Assembly: GCA_963813815.1 (NCBI GenBank)
Contig: CAWFAD010000014.1
Location: 1 to 20,337, forward strand
DNA from: an uncultured bacterium
GTDB taxonomy: Bacteria; Krumholzibacteriota; Krumholzibacteriia; Krumholzibacteriales; Krumholzibacteriaceae
Length of the DNA stretch: 20,337 nucleotides
Direction of reading: 5' to 3'
Positions 8,569-17,115 of this stretch are shown here, one piece after another (position 1 is the first letter of the stretch; every line of letters begins with the position of its first letter). Below the pieces are notes generated by a model. That model searched no databases, was not told the origin of the DNA, and was given only the letters and a program-made list of their open reading frames with translations. The translations under genes were made by a program, and so were the position numbers.

Positions 8569-8850
8569 CTAGAACCGCACGTCGAATCCCCGTTCCGTTC
8601 CGGTCGGGGCCATTCTCTCGACCTCGAGCCCGGCCACCTCCGCCCCGCTGGGTCCGACGCGCAGCGCGTTCAGGAACGACTCTATGATCCCGTTCCCCGC
8701 CTCCGCCTCGAGCTCCACGGCGCCGTCCTCGCGGTTTCTCACCCAGCCCGCGATGCCGCATTCGCGGGCGAAGCGCATCGCGAAGAAACGATACCCCACC
8801 CCCTGAACGACCCCGCTCGCGACGACGTGAACTCTCGCGAGATCCTTCAT
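8569..8850 (-). CDS. acyP: acylphosphatase
   Basis: 93 aa with the SGVVQGVGYR phosphate-binding loop (catalytic Arg), GWVRNREDGAVE (catalytic Asn), GPSGAEV and a C-terminal F.VR. Confidence 0.95.
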   Translation of the reverse strand: MKDLARVHVVASGVVQGVGYRFFAMRFARECGIAGWVRNREDGAVELEAEAGNGIIESFLNALRVGPSGAEVAGLEVERMAPTGTERGFDVRF

Positions 8851-8905
8851 CGGCCGTTCCTCGCGCCGACGCGGAGGTCCGCCCGCCGCGTCCGGGGCGC
8901 CTCGA

Positions 8906-9109
8906 TCATCCGTGGGTTTTGATGAACCGCTCGAACGAGCGATCCCAGGTCTTCTCGACGTCGGGGGGAAACGCGCACGCGGGAAGCTCGCGGTTCTCGA
9001 GGTGATACCGGAGGCACTCGCAGCAGCTGCCGTGACGCGGGCACCCCTCGTACGTGCACGGGCACCGCTCGACGTTCTCTTCTATATTTCCGCATCGCTT
9101 CGCCGTCAT
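8906..9109 (-). CDS. small Cys-rich protein (DUF6485-like), probably metal-binding
   Basis: CPCTYEGCPRHGSCCECLRYH...ELPAC.FP...EKTWDRSFERF, with 8 Cys and 3 His in 67 aa. Pattern recalled as the DUF6485 family. ATG at 9109 preferred as start. Confidence 0.75.
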   Translation of the reverse strand: MTAKRCGNIEENVERCPCTYEGCPRHGSCCECLRYHLENRELPACAFPPDVEKTWDRSFERFIKTHG

Positions 9110-9117
9110 GCGCACCA

Positions 9118-9717
9118 CTATACCACATTGTTCCGCGGAAGGAACAGCACCTCGCCGCTCTCGATATCATAGACGGCGCCGGCGACGACCGCCGCCCCGC
9201 GCGCGACGGCCGGGGCGAGCACCGGCCCGCTCGATGAGATGAGGGATACGGTCGCGGCGACGTTCTCACGAACGGCGGCCCGGGCCGTATCCCCCCCGGC
9301 GCCGAGGGCCCGTTCGACGGCCGGGCGAAGGCTCTCGATGACGAACGCGACTTCCCCGCGCGCCTCCCCTCCCGCGAGCGCCGCCTGAACGGCGCCGCAG
9401 CTCGTGTGTCCGAGCACGACGATGAGCGGCACGCGGAGATGCTCGGCCGCGTACTCGACGCTGCCGAGTCCCGCCCGGTCGAGCACACCCCCCGCCGTGC
9501 GCACGACGAAAAGGTCGCCGATGCCCTGATCGAAGAGGATCTCGGGGGGAACCCGCGAATCGGAGCACGCCACGATCGCCGCGAAGGGCCTCTGCCCCAC
9601 CGCCGCCTCCGCGCGGCGCAGCGCGTCCTGCCGCGGATGCCGCGCGAGCCCCTCGCGAAACCTCCGATTCCCCGCCTCGAGCGCTTCGAGGGCACGCCGC
9701 GCCGCTTCATTCTCCAT
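9118..9717 (-). CDS. beta-class carbonic anhydrase
   Basis: Starts MENEAARRALEALEAGNRRF. Motifs GQRPFAAIVACSDSRVPPEILFDQGIGDLFVVRTAG, GSVEYA, VVLGHTSCGAV (Zn ligands Cys, His, Cys) and YDIESGEV. The start overlaps the ATPase 3' end by 11 nt. Confidence 0.95.
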   Translation of the reverse strand: MENEAARRALEALEAGNRRFREGLARHPRQDALRRAEAAVGQRPFAAIVACSDSRVPPEILFDQGIGDLFVVRTAGGVLDRAGLGSVEYAAEHLRVPLIVVLGHTSCGAVQAALAGGEARGEVAFVIESLRPAVERALGAGGDTARAAVRENVAATVSLISSSGPVLAPAVARGAAVVAGAVYDIESGEVLFLPRNNVV

Positions 9718-12304
9718 GCCGACGATCCTTCCCCCGCTCCGAGCCCCGACGCGCCCGCCGCCGAACGGCCTTGAACGCCTCGAACCACACAACGCCGAGC
9801 ACCCCCGCCGCGAGGCAGATGGCGAGATCGTTCGCGTGCAGCGTCGCGAGATGGAACAGCCTCCTTAAGAATGGAACGTAGAGGACGAGGGCGAGAAACG
9901 CGATCGCGCCGACCGTCGAGAGCCACGCCGCCCGGTTCGGCATCCGCAGGGTCTCGAGGGCGGTTCGCGTCCATGACCGGTTCGTGAAGATGAGCGCGAG
10001 ATTCGCGACGACGAGCGTCGCGAAGGTGAGAGCCCGCGCCTCGTCCGCTCCCCGGCCGAGCGACCGCGCCACGGCGAACACCGCGAGCGTGATGGCGAGG
10101 ACGACGAGCCCCTGCAGCGCGCTCAGCAACACCGTGCGCCTTCCGAAGAGCGGCTCGCCGAGCGCGCGCGGCGGCCGGCGCATGATGTTCTTCTCCTCCA
10201 CCTCGCCTTCGAACACGATGGAGCAGGCGGGGTCGATGATGAGCTCCATGAACACGATGTGCACGGGCAGGAGAACGAGGGGCCACTTGAAGAGCACGGG
10301 GATGAGGGAGAGGCCCGCGATCGGCACGTGAATGGCGAGGATGTACGCCATCGCCTTCTGCAGGTTGTCGAAGATCCCGCGCCCCATGCGCACCGCCTTC
10401 ACGATGGACGAGAAATCGTCGTCGAGGAGAACGAGGGAGGCGGCCTCCCTCGCCACGTCGGTCCCCCGCCCCCCCATCGCGATGCCGATGTGCGCCGACT
10501 TGAGGGCGGGGGCGTCGTTCACTCCGTCCCCCGTCATGGCGACGATCTCGCCGTTCGCCTTGAGCGTGTTCACGATAACGAGCTTCTGCTCGGGTCTCAC
10601 CCGCGCGAAGATGTTCGCTCTCGCCGAGTGGCGCTCGAGATCGGATCCCCCCGCCCCGTCGAGATCCGCCCCCGTGACGATCTCCCCGGCCGGATCGAGA
10701 CCCGCCTCCCGGGCGATCGCGCGCGCCGTGCCCGGGTAATCGCCGGTGACCATCACGACGCGGATGCTCGCCTCGCGGCATTCCCGCAGCGAACCCGCCA
10801 CTTCCGGTCTGACCGGATCGGCGAGCCCGACGAGTCCGATGAACTGGAAGGGAAAGTCGTGCTGCCCTCCGGGCAGCTCTTCCCCCTTCCGGAAATACGC
10901 TTTCGCGACGCCGAGGACCCGGAGCCCGCGCCCGGCCATCGCCGTCACCGCGCCGGAGAGCTCCTCCGTCCGAGCGGAGTCGAAATGACAGAGATCCGCG
11001 ACGACCTCGGGGGCGCCCTTCACCGCGATAACGAACTCGTTCCCCCCGGGGGATTTCCAGACGCGGGAGAGCGCGAGCAGCCGCTCCGAGATCGGGTACT
11101 CGCGCACGAGCGTCCAATCGTCGTGGAGGTGCTCGGTATCGGCCAGACAGCGATCGCCGAACTGCTTGAAGGCCTTCTCCATCGGATCGAAGGGATCCCG
11201 CTGGCTCGCGAGGATCGAAAATTCCAAGAGCTCGTGGAACGTTTCGGGAAGCGCCCCCGGCCGCCGGTGGCGCACATCGTGCGTCCGGCCGCCGGCGAAA
11301 AGCTCGCTCACGGTCATCTGATTCATCGTGAGCGTTCCGGTCTTGTCGACGCAGAGAACGGTCGCGGAGCCGAGCGCCTCGATCACCGGCATGTGCCGGG
11401 TGAGGACGCGCTTGCGCGAGAGGTGCCAGGCGCCGAGCGCGAGAAAGATCGTGAGCACGACGGGGAACTCCTCGGGGAGTATCGCCATCGCGAGCGTGAC
11501 GCCCGCCAAGAGGCCTTCGATCCAGTCGCTCCTCGTGAGCGCGTACGCGACGATGACGATGGTGCAGAGGGCGAGCCCGGCGAGCGCGAAGGCGCGAACG
11601 AGCCGCGCCGTTTCTCTCTGCAGCCGCGTGGGCTCCGGCTTCAGGGCCTCGAGCGCCCGTCCGATCCTTCCGATCTCCGTTCCGAGGCCGGTGGCCTTCA
11701 CGACGGCTATCCCCCGCCCCCGCACGACCATCGTTCCCGAGAAGATGAAGGGGAGCCCGTCCCCCCCGGGGCTTCGCATGTCGGCGGTTTCTTCCCCCGC
11801 GCGTTTCTCGACGGGAACCGACTCCCCGGTGAGGAGAGACTCGTCGGTCGAAAGGCCCTCGTGCCAGAGAACGACTCCGTCGGCGGGCACGCGGTCCCCC
11901 TCGGCGACGACGATCGTGTCGCCGCGGACCACTTCCCTTCCCGCGACGCGTCTCTCGACGCCGTCGCGAATGACGAGGGCGCGCGGGCTCGAGAGATTCT
12001 TCAGGGCCTCGAGCGCGCGCTCGGTCTTGCGCTCCTGGTAGAAGGTGATCGCCATGATGACGAAGACGAAGCCGAGGAGCATGAGCCCCTCCGTCACGTC
12101 CCCGAGCACGAAGTAGATCGATCCGCAGGCAACGAGCAGCAGGAACATCGGCTCGCGGATCACCCCGAGGGCGATGCGCGGAACGGTCCGACGGGCGGCC
12201 GACGGCAGCTCGTTCGGACCGTCGCAGGCGAGCCGGCGCGCGGCCTCGGCCCCCGTGAGCCCCCGAATCGAGTCGGGGGAGAATTCGCGCTCCCGTTCGC
12301 TCAT
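9707..12304 (-). CDS. cation-translocating P-type ATPase, type II-like (PEEF variant)
   Basis: GLT..EA..RL...GPNEL, DESLLTGES, PEEFP (TM4), DKTGTLT (phospho-Asp), KGAPE, DPVRP, MVTGD, FARVRPEQK, AMTGDGVNDAPALK. About 10 TM segments, 865 aa. Confidence 0.95.
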   Translation of the reverse strand: MSEREREFSPDSIRGLTGAEAARRLACDGPNELPSAARRTVPRIALGVIREPMFLLLVACGSIYFVLGDVTEGLMLLGFVFVIMAITFYQERKTERALEALKNLSSPRALVIRDGVERRVAGREVVRGDTIVVAEGDRVPADGVVLWHEGLSTDESLLTGESVPVEKRAGEETADMRSPGGDGLPFIFSGTMVVRGRGIAVVKATGLGTEIGRIGRALEALKPEPTRLQRETARLVRAFALAGLALCTIVIVAYALTRSDWIEGLLAGVTLAMAILPEEFPVVLTIFLALGAWHLSRKRVLTRHMPVIEALGSATVLCVDKTGTLTMNQMTVSELFAGGRTHDVRHRRPGALPETFHELLEFSILASQRDPFDPMEKAFKQFGDRCLADTEHLHDDWTLVREYPISERLLALSRVWKSPGGNEFVIAVKGAPEVVADLCHFDSARTEELSGAVTAMAGRGLRVLGVAKAYFRKGEELPGGQHDFPFQFIGLVGLADPVRPEVAGSLRECREASIRVVMVTGDYPGTARAIAREAGLDPAGEIVTGADLDGAGGSDLERHSARANIFARVRPEQKLVIVNTLKANGEIVAMTGDGVNDAPALKSAHIGIAMGGRGTDVAREAASLVLLDDDFSSIVKAVRMGRGIFDNLQKAMAYILAIHVPIAGLSLIPVLFKWPLVLLPVHIVFMELIIDPACSIVFEGEVEEKNIMRRPPRALGEPLFGRRTVLLSALQGLVVLAITLAVFAVARSLGRGADEARALTFATLVVANLALIFTNRSWTRTALETLRMPNRAAWLSTVGAIAFLALVLYVPFLRRLFHLATLHANDLAICLAAGVLGVVWFEAFKAVRRRARRGSERGKDRRHGE

Positions 12305-12349
12305 GGCGTTTCGATCGTGCGATCCGTCCGCGCGAGCCGGAGGAACCGC

Positions 12350-12952
12350 CTACTTTCCCTTCTTCCAGAAGCGAAGGGTGTCGAGATAGCTCCGCAGCGG
12401 CGAGCGCCCGTTCACCGGGAACACGCCTTCCCGGGCGAAACGGACGTCCTCGATCGTATAGAAGGCGCGAGGGTTGAACCGGTCGATGATGCCGACGACG
12501 CGCTGCAGGTCGGCGCGCTTCACGATGGTGTAAATGAGGTGCACCTGTCCGCGCGCGCCGGAGGCCTCCACGCTCGTCACGCCGTAATCCTCGGCCTTGA
12601 GGCGTTCGATGAGCCCCTCGTCCCCCTGGCTCGTGACGATGCGGATGAGCATCACCCCCATCGCGAGCTTCTCCTCGATGTACATCCCGACGAAGGTTCC
12701 CGCCGCGAAGCCGCCGGCGTACGCCACGTAGTAAAAGCCGTTCGTGAGGTTCGCCATGATCTGGCGGATCGCCAGGAGCCAGATGAGCACCTCGAAAAAG
12801 CCGAGAAGGGGGGCGATGACCTTGTTCCCTCGGCCGATGAAGATGATGCGGATCGTGCCGATCGATTGGTCACCGATGCGCGCGGCGAAAATGAGGGCCG
12901 GCGTGACGATCCACCTGAAGAAGGTGCTGTCGAAGATCGCGCTCCAGTCCAT
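12350..12952 (-). CDS. UPF0316/YebE-like membrane protein (DUF5698 + DUF2179 domains)
   Basis: ATG at 12952 follows GGAGGAG. Motifs [57 protein letters not shown] (three TM helices), then a soluble domain with YGVT...A.GARG and [17 protein letters not shown]. Confidence 0.85.
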   Translation of the reverse strand: MDWSAIFDSTFFRWIVTPALIFAARIGDQSIGTIRIIFIGRGNKVIAPLLGFFEVLIWLLAIRQIMANLTNGFYYVAYAGGFAAGTFVGMYIEEKLAMGVMLIRIVTSQGDEGLIERLKAEDYGVTSVEASGARGQVHLIYTIVKRADLQRVVGIIDRFNPRAFYTIEDVRFAREGVFPVNGRSPLRSYLDTLRFWKKGK

Positions 12953-13028
12953 CGGCGTCTCCTCCCCCGCCTCCGCGCCGGCGCCGGGCGTCCGCCCGTG
13001 CGAACGGCGCCGGCCCGCGGAAGGCCTC

Positions 13029-13058
13029 AATATACCGCACGCGGCGGGCGGTGCACAA
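13029..13058 (-). promoter_or_regulatory. putative sigma-70 promoter for the DUF2179-ATPase-CA cluster
   Basis: Minus strand TTGTGC-N18-TATATT, ~77 nt upstream of ATG 12952. Confidence 0.5.
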
Positions 13059-13109
13059 TCCCGCATTTGCCCGCCGGCGCGGCGCGCGCGGATCGGCCCA
13101 AAAGCGGCC

Positions 13110-13138
13110 TTTACACCCGCCGGTGAAAGGGCTACATT
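13110..13138 (+). promoter_or_regulatory. putative sigma-70 promoter for lepA-hemW
   Basis: TTTACA-N17-TACATT, ending 47 nt upstream of the lepA ATG. Confidence 0.6.
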
Positions 13139-13185
13139 TCAACGATTGCACGCGAAACCGAAGCACGGCGCGGGGTGGCCGGGGC

Positions 13186-14984
13186 ATGACGCAGATCCGC
13201 AATTTCAGCATCATAGCGCACATCGACCACGGAAAGTCGACGCTCGCGGACCGCTTCATCCAGCGGGCGAAGCTCGTCGAGGACCGCGAGTTTCACGACC
13301 AGATGCTCGACAACATGGACATCGAGCGCGAGCGCGGCATCACGATCAAGAGCCAGACCGTGTGCCTTCCCTACACGGGCGCCTTCGGCGAGCAGTACAT
13401 CCTGAACCTTATCGACACTCCGGGACACGTCGATTTCTCGTACGAGGTCTCGCGGGCGCTCGCCTCGTGCGAAGGCGTTCTGCTCCTCGTCGACGCGACG
13501 CAGGGAGTGCAGGCGCAGACGCTCGCGAACATGTACGCCGCGCTCGAGCACGGGCTCACCATCATCCCCGTGATCAACAAAATCGACTCCCCCTCGGCCG
13601 ACATCGAGCATACCCGAGACGAAATCGAGACGGAGCTCGGCCTCGACGCGGAGCACGCGATCCTCTGCTCGGCCAAGGAGGGCACCGGCATCGACGACAT
13701 TCTCGAGGCGATCGTGCTTCGCATCCCGCCCCCGAAGGAGGATCGCGACGCGCCGCTCGCCGCTCTCATCTTCGACGCGAAGTACGACCCCTTCCGCGGC
13801 GCCATCATCAGCTGCCGCGTCTTCGACGGAACGATCCGAACGGGGACGAGATACGCCTCATGTCGCTCGGAACGGCGCACCGCGTCGAGGAAACAGGCGT
13901 GTTCCGGATCGTGCGCGAGCGGCGGCCCGCGCTCTACGCGGGGGAGGTCGGTTACGTGATCGCGGGCATCAAGACGGTGAGCGACACGCGGATCGGCGAC
14001 ACGATCACGCACGTCGATCGTCCCGTTCCGGCGCCGCTTCCCGGCTTCCGCGAGGTGAAGCCGGTCGTCTTCTCCTCCGTGTACCCCGTCAGCAGCGAGG
14101 ATTTCGACGCGCTCTCCGATTCGATGGAGCGGTACGAGCTGAACGACGCCTCGCTCGTGTATCAGCGCGACTCGTCGACGGCCCTCGGGCAGGGATTCCG
14201 GTGCGGATTCCTCGGGCTCCTCCATCTCGAGATCTTTCAAGAGCGGCTCGAGCGCGAGTTCGATCAATCGATCATCATGACCGCGCCGAGCGTCGAGTAC
14301 CACTTCGTCCTCAAGGACGGCACGACGGTCGTCGTCGACAACCCCGTCTACTACCCCGACCCCGTTCTCATCGACCACGCGCTCGAGCCGTACATCCGGG
14401 CGACGATCCTCATGCCGGACCGCTACCTCGGCGCCGTCATGAAGCTCTGCCTCGACCGCAGAGGCGAGAACCCGCACTACGGCTACCCCGTTCCGGGGCG
14501 GATCGAGCTCGTGTTCGATCTGCCGCTCTCCGAGGTCGTCTACGACTTCTACGACAGGCTCAAGAGCGTCACGCAGGGGTACGGCTCGTTCGATTACGAG
14601 ATGCTCGACTATCGCAAGGGCGACCTCGTGAAGCTCGACATTCTCGTGAACGGGGAACGGGTCGACGCGCTCGGCATCGTCGTCCACGAGGAGCGCGCCC
14701 GCTCGCGGGCCGTGAACGTGTGCGAAAAGCTCCGCAAGGAGATCCCTCGGCACCTCTTCAAGATCGCGATCCAGGGGGCGATCGGCGGCAAAATCGTCGC
14801 CCGCTCGACCGTGGCGCCCTTCCGCAAGGACGTGACCGCCAAGTGCTACGGAGGCGACATCACGCGCAAGCGAAAGCTCCTCGAGAAGCAGGCGAAGGGC
14901 AAAAAGAAGATGCGCACCGTCGGACAGGTCATGATTCCCCAGAGCGCCTTCGTGGCGGTTCTCAAGACGAATGAAGAAGAATGA
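13186..14984 (+). CDS. lepA: translation elongation factor 4 (LepA), with one apparent single-G deletion at ~13842-13845
   Basis: [110 protein letters not shown]. Adding one G to the GGGG run joins the frames into 599 aa. Confidence 0.97.
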
Positions 14985-16110
14985 AGCGCTGGCGGACGGG
15001 GAGGCGCCCGGCCTCTACGTTCACGTGCCCTTCTGCCGGACGAAATGCCCGTACTGCAATTTTTATTCGACGACGGCCGCGGGCGGGGAGCGACGGTGGC
15101 TCGACGCCCTCGCGCGTGAGGCCGAGCTTCGCCGCGGGGACTTCGCGCCGTTCGACACGCTCTACATCGGCGGAGGCACTCCGTCGGTGCTCGGGCAGGA
15201 GGAGATCTCGCGCCTCGTTTCCGGGCTTCGCCGAGCCTTCGAGTTGACCGGAGACTGCGAGACGACGATCGAGGCGAATCCCGACGACGTCACCGCCGAG
15301 CGGCTCGGTCTCTGGCGGGATCTCGGCGTCACGCGTCTCTCTCTCGGCGTCCAGTCGTTCGACGACGAGGTGCTCCGGCGGCTCGGCCGGAGGCACGACG
15401 CCAGCGCCGCCCGCGCCGCGATCGCGCTCGCCCGCCAAGCCGGATTCGACAACGTCGGCATCGACCTCATCTACGGCGCCGACGCCGGGACCGGGAGATC
15501 GTGGACGCGCACGCTCGAGGAAGCCATCGAGCAAGCGCCCGAGCACATCTCGTGCTACGAGCTCACGATCGAGCCGGGAGGGGACATCGGGGGCCGGCGC
15601 GCCACCGGCGCGCTCCGCTCCCCCGGCGAGCGGGCCGCCCGGCGGCTCTTCCTCGACACCTCCGCCACGCTCCGCTCGCGCGGCTACGTTCACTACGAGG
15701 TCTCGAATTTCGCCCGGGGCGCCTCGCTCGTCTCGCGGCACAACCTCAAGTACTGGCGCCGCGCTCCGTACCTCGGCCTCGGCCCGGCGGCGCATTCGTT
15801 CCGGGACGAGCGAAGATGGTGGAACGTCCGCTCGCTCGACGCATATCTCGACGCCCTCGAGCGGGGACGGGAGCCCGTCGACGACTCGGAGATCCTCGGC
15901 GAGAGCGAGCGCCGGCTCGAGTCGCTCTCCCTCGGATTCAGAACGGCCGGCGGCGTGCCGCTCGAGGCGCTGCGGCAACACCCGCGGTGGGAGGAGACGC
16001 TCGACCGCCTCGTCCGCGACGCGCTCGTCACCGTCGAGGACGGACGCGCCGTTCCCACGATCGAGGGATTCTGCGTCGCCGACCGCCTGCCGCTCCTCTT
16101 CACCGCCTGA
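14971..16110 (+). CDS. hemW: radical SAM heme chaperone HemW (HemN-like)
   Basis: YVHVPFCRTKCPYCNF (CxxxCxxC), YIGGGTPS, TIEANP, RLSLGVQSF, DLIYG, HISCYELTIE, YEVSNFA, HNLKYW (HemW HNxxYW), YLGLGPAAHS. Overlaps the lepA end; lepA-hemW adjacency is common. Confidence 0.92.
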   Translation: MKKNEALADGEAPGLYVHVPFCRTKCPYCNFYSTTAAGGERRWLDALAREAELRRGDFAPFDTLYIGGGTPSVLGQEEISRLVSGLRRAFELTGDCETTIEANPDDVTAERLGLWRDLGVTRLSLGVQSFDDEVLRRLGRRHDASAARAAIALARQAGFDNVGIDLIYGADAGTGRSWTRTLEEAIEQAPEHISCYELTIEPGGDIGGRRATGALRSPGERAARRLFLDTSATLRSRGYVHYEVSNFARGASLVSRHNLKYWRRAPYLGLGPAAHSFRDERRWWNVRSLDAYLDALERGREPVDDSEILGESERRLESLSLGFRTAGGVPLEALRQHPRWEETLDRLVRDALVTVEDGRAVPTIEGFCVADRLPLLFTA

Positions 16111-16111
16111 T

Positions 16112-17027
16112 TTACGCCTCGAACTCCCCCGTGTCGATCCACTCGTTCTTGAGAATCGACCAGAAATCGTCGGCGAGCCCCCCGAGCACGTATTCGTAGG
16201 GGAGCCAGCCGTACCCCTTCTCCCCCCACGAGGCGCCCCACGAGTTGCGCACGAGGAGCGCGCCGGTCGTCTCCCTCGCCCGCGCGGGCGATCCGCGGAT
16301 CTTCATGCGGTCGTCGTAGCCGACCGCGGCGACGGCGTGTCCGCCGACGACCTCGTCGCTCCCGGACGGAAACGGTATCCGCCCCGAAGAGGAGGCCTCG
16401 TCGATCGAGCCGTACACGGTGAAGCCGAACATCGCGGGAAGCCCCGCAGCGAGGTTCGTCCGCAGGCGCGAGAACGTCTCGCGGGCTCGACCCCGCCGGA
16501 TCGAGCCGGTAGTAGCTCACCGCCCGGTAGTTCCGCGCGAGCGCGTAGCAGAAGGCCGGCGGCTCGTCGTCGAACGCGGCCGCCCGGTACGGCCAGTGCT
16601 CCTCGGGAGGCGATCCGAGGAGAACGAGCGCCCCCATCGCCGTGCGGATGAAGGCCCCCGTATCGCCGTCCGCGTGCATGAGGCTCCGCGTCGCCTTGTA
16701 GAGGAAAAGCCTCGAGACGTCCGTGTGTTTTCCGAACGCCCGGCGCTCGAAGTACTCGACGAGCGAGGCGGCGGCGTGCGCCGTGCACGAACCGAGCTCC
16801 CCCTGATCCTCGACGCGGGAGCACCAGCCCCGCAAATCGACGGAGGCGGGAAGCGTCCCGCGGCGGCGGCCGCGGGGGAGCGCTTTCGCGAGCATCGCCC
16901 GCACGGATTCCCGCTCCCCGAGCGAACGAAGACGGGTGCTCACTTCGTCCCGCTCGCTCGTGTAATCGCGAACGTCCGGATAATCGGGCAGCCAGCCGGT
17001 GCCGTGTCCTGAAACGCGAGCGTTCAT
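16112..17027 (-). CDS. papain-like C1A cysteine peptidase (xylellain-like), with one apparent indel at ~16465
   Basis: ATG at 17027 follows GAGGTGG. Motifs GWLPDYPDVRDY, LPASVDLR, VEDQGELGSCTAHA (Gln, Cys), SRLFLYK, DTGAFIR; after the frame change MFGFTVY, GGHAVAAVGYDD (His), RNSWGASWGEKGYGWLPY (Asn). Restoring a CG in ctcgcgcctg gives 305 aa. Confidence 0.93.
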
Positions 17028-17115
17028 GATGACCACCTCGTTGGGGATGGATCGCCGTCGTCGCAGCGCTTCGGTGCGGTTCGCATTTTCCTGAAATACA
17101 GCCGCGCGGGAGGCG

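Noticed and set aside
8462..8761. 100-aa N-terminal extension on DegP
   Set aside because: It overlaps acyP in another frame, and a strong SD supports ATG 8461.
12953..13185. Riboswitch or ncRNA in the divergent intergenic region
   Set aside because: No recognisable aptamer consensus, and two divergent sigma-70-like promoters account for the AT-richer patches. An Rfam/Infernal scan would be decisive.
13838..13850. lepA frame break as programmed frameshifting or a pseudogene
   Set aside because: One missing G in a GGGG homopolymer restores a normal-length LepA. There is no slippery heptamer, and the window has many similar indels.
12744..13860. N-terminal part of the 746-aa ORF 12744-14984 as a novel LepA extension
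   Set aside because: It is out-of-frame read-through. The real LepA N-terminus starts at 13186 in another frame.
13186..16110. lepA-hemW pairing as a novel system
   Set aside because: This is a well-known conserved adjacency.
16455..16475. C1A protease as a split two-gene system
   Set aside because: Catalytic Cys and His/Asn lie on either side of the break, and a 2-nt loss in a CG repeat explains it.
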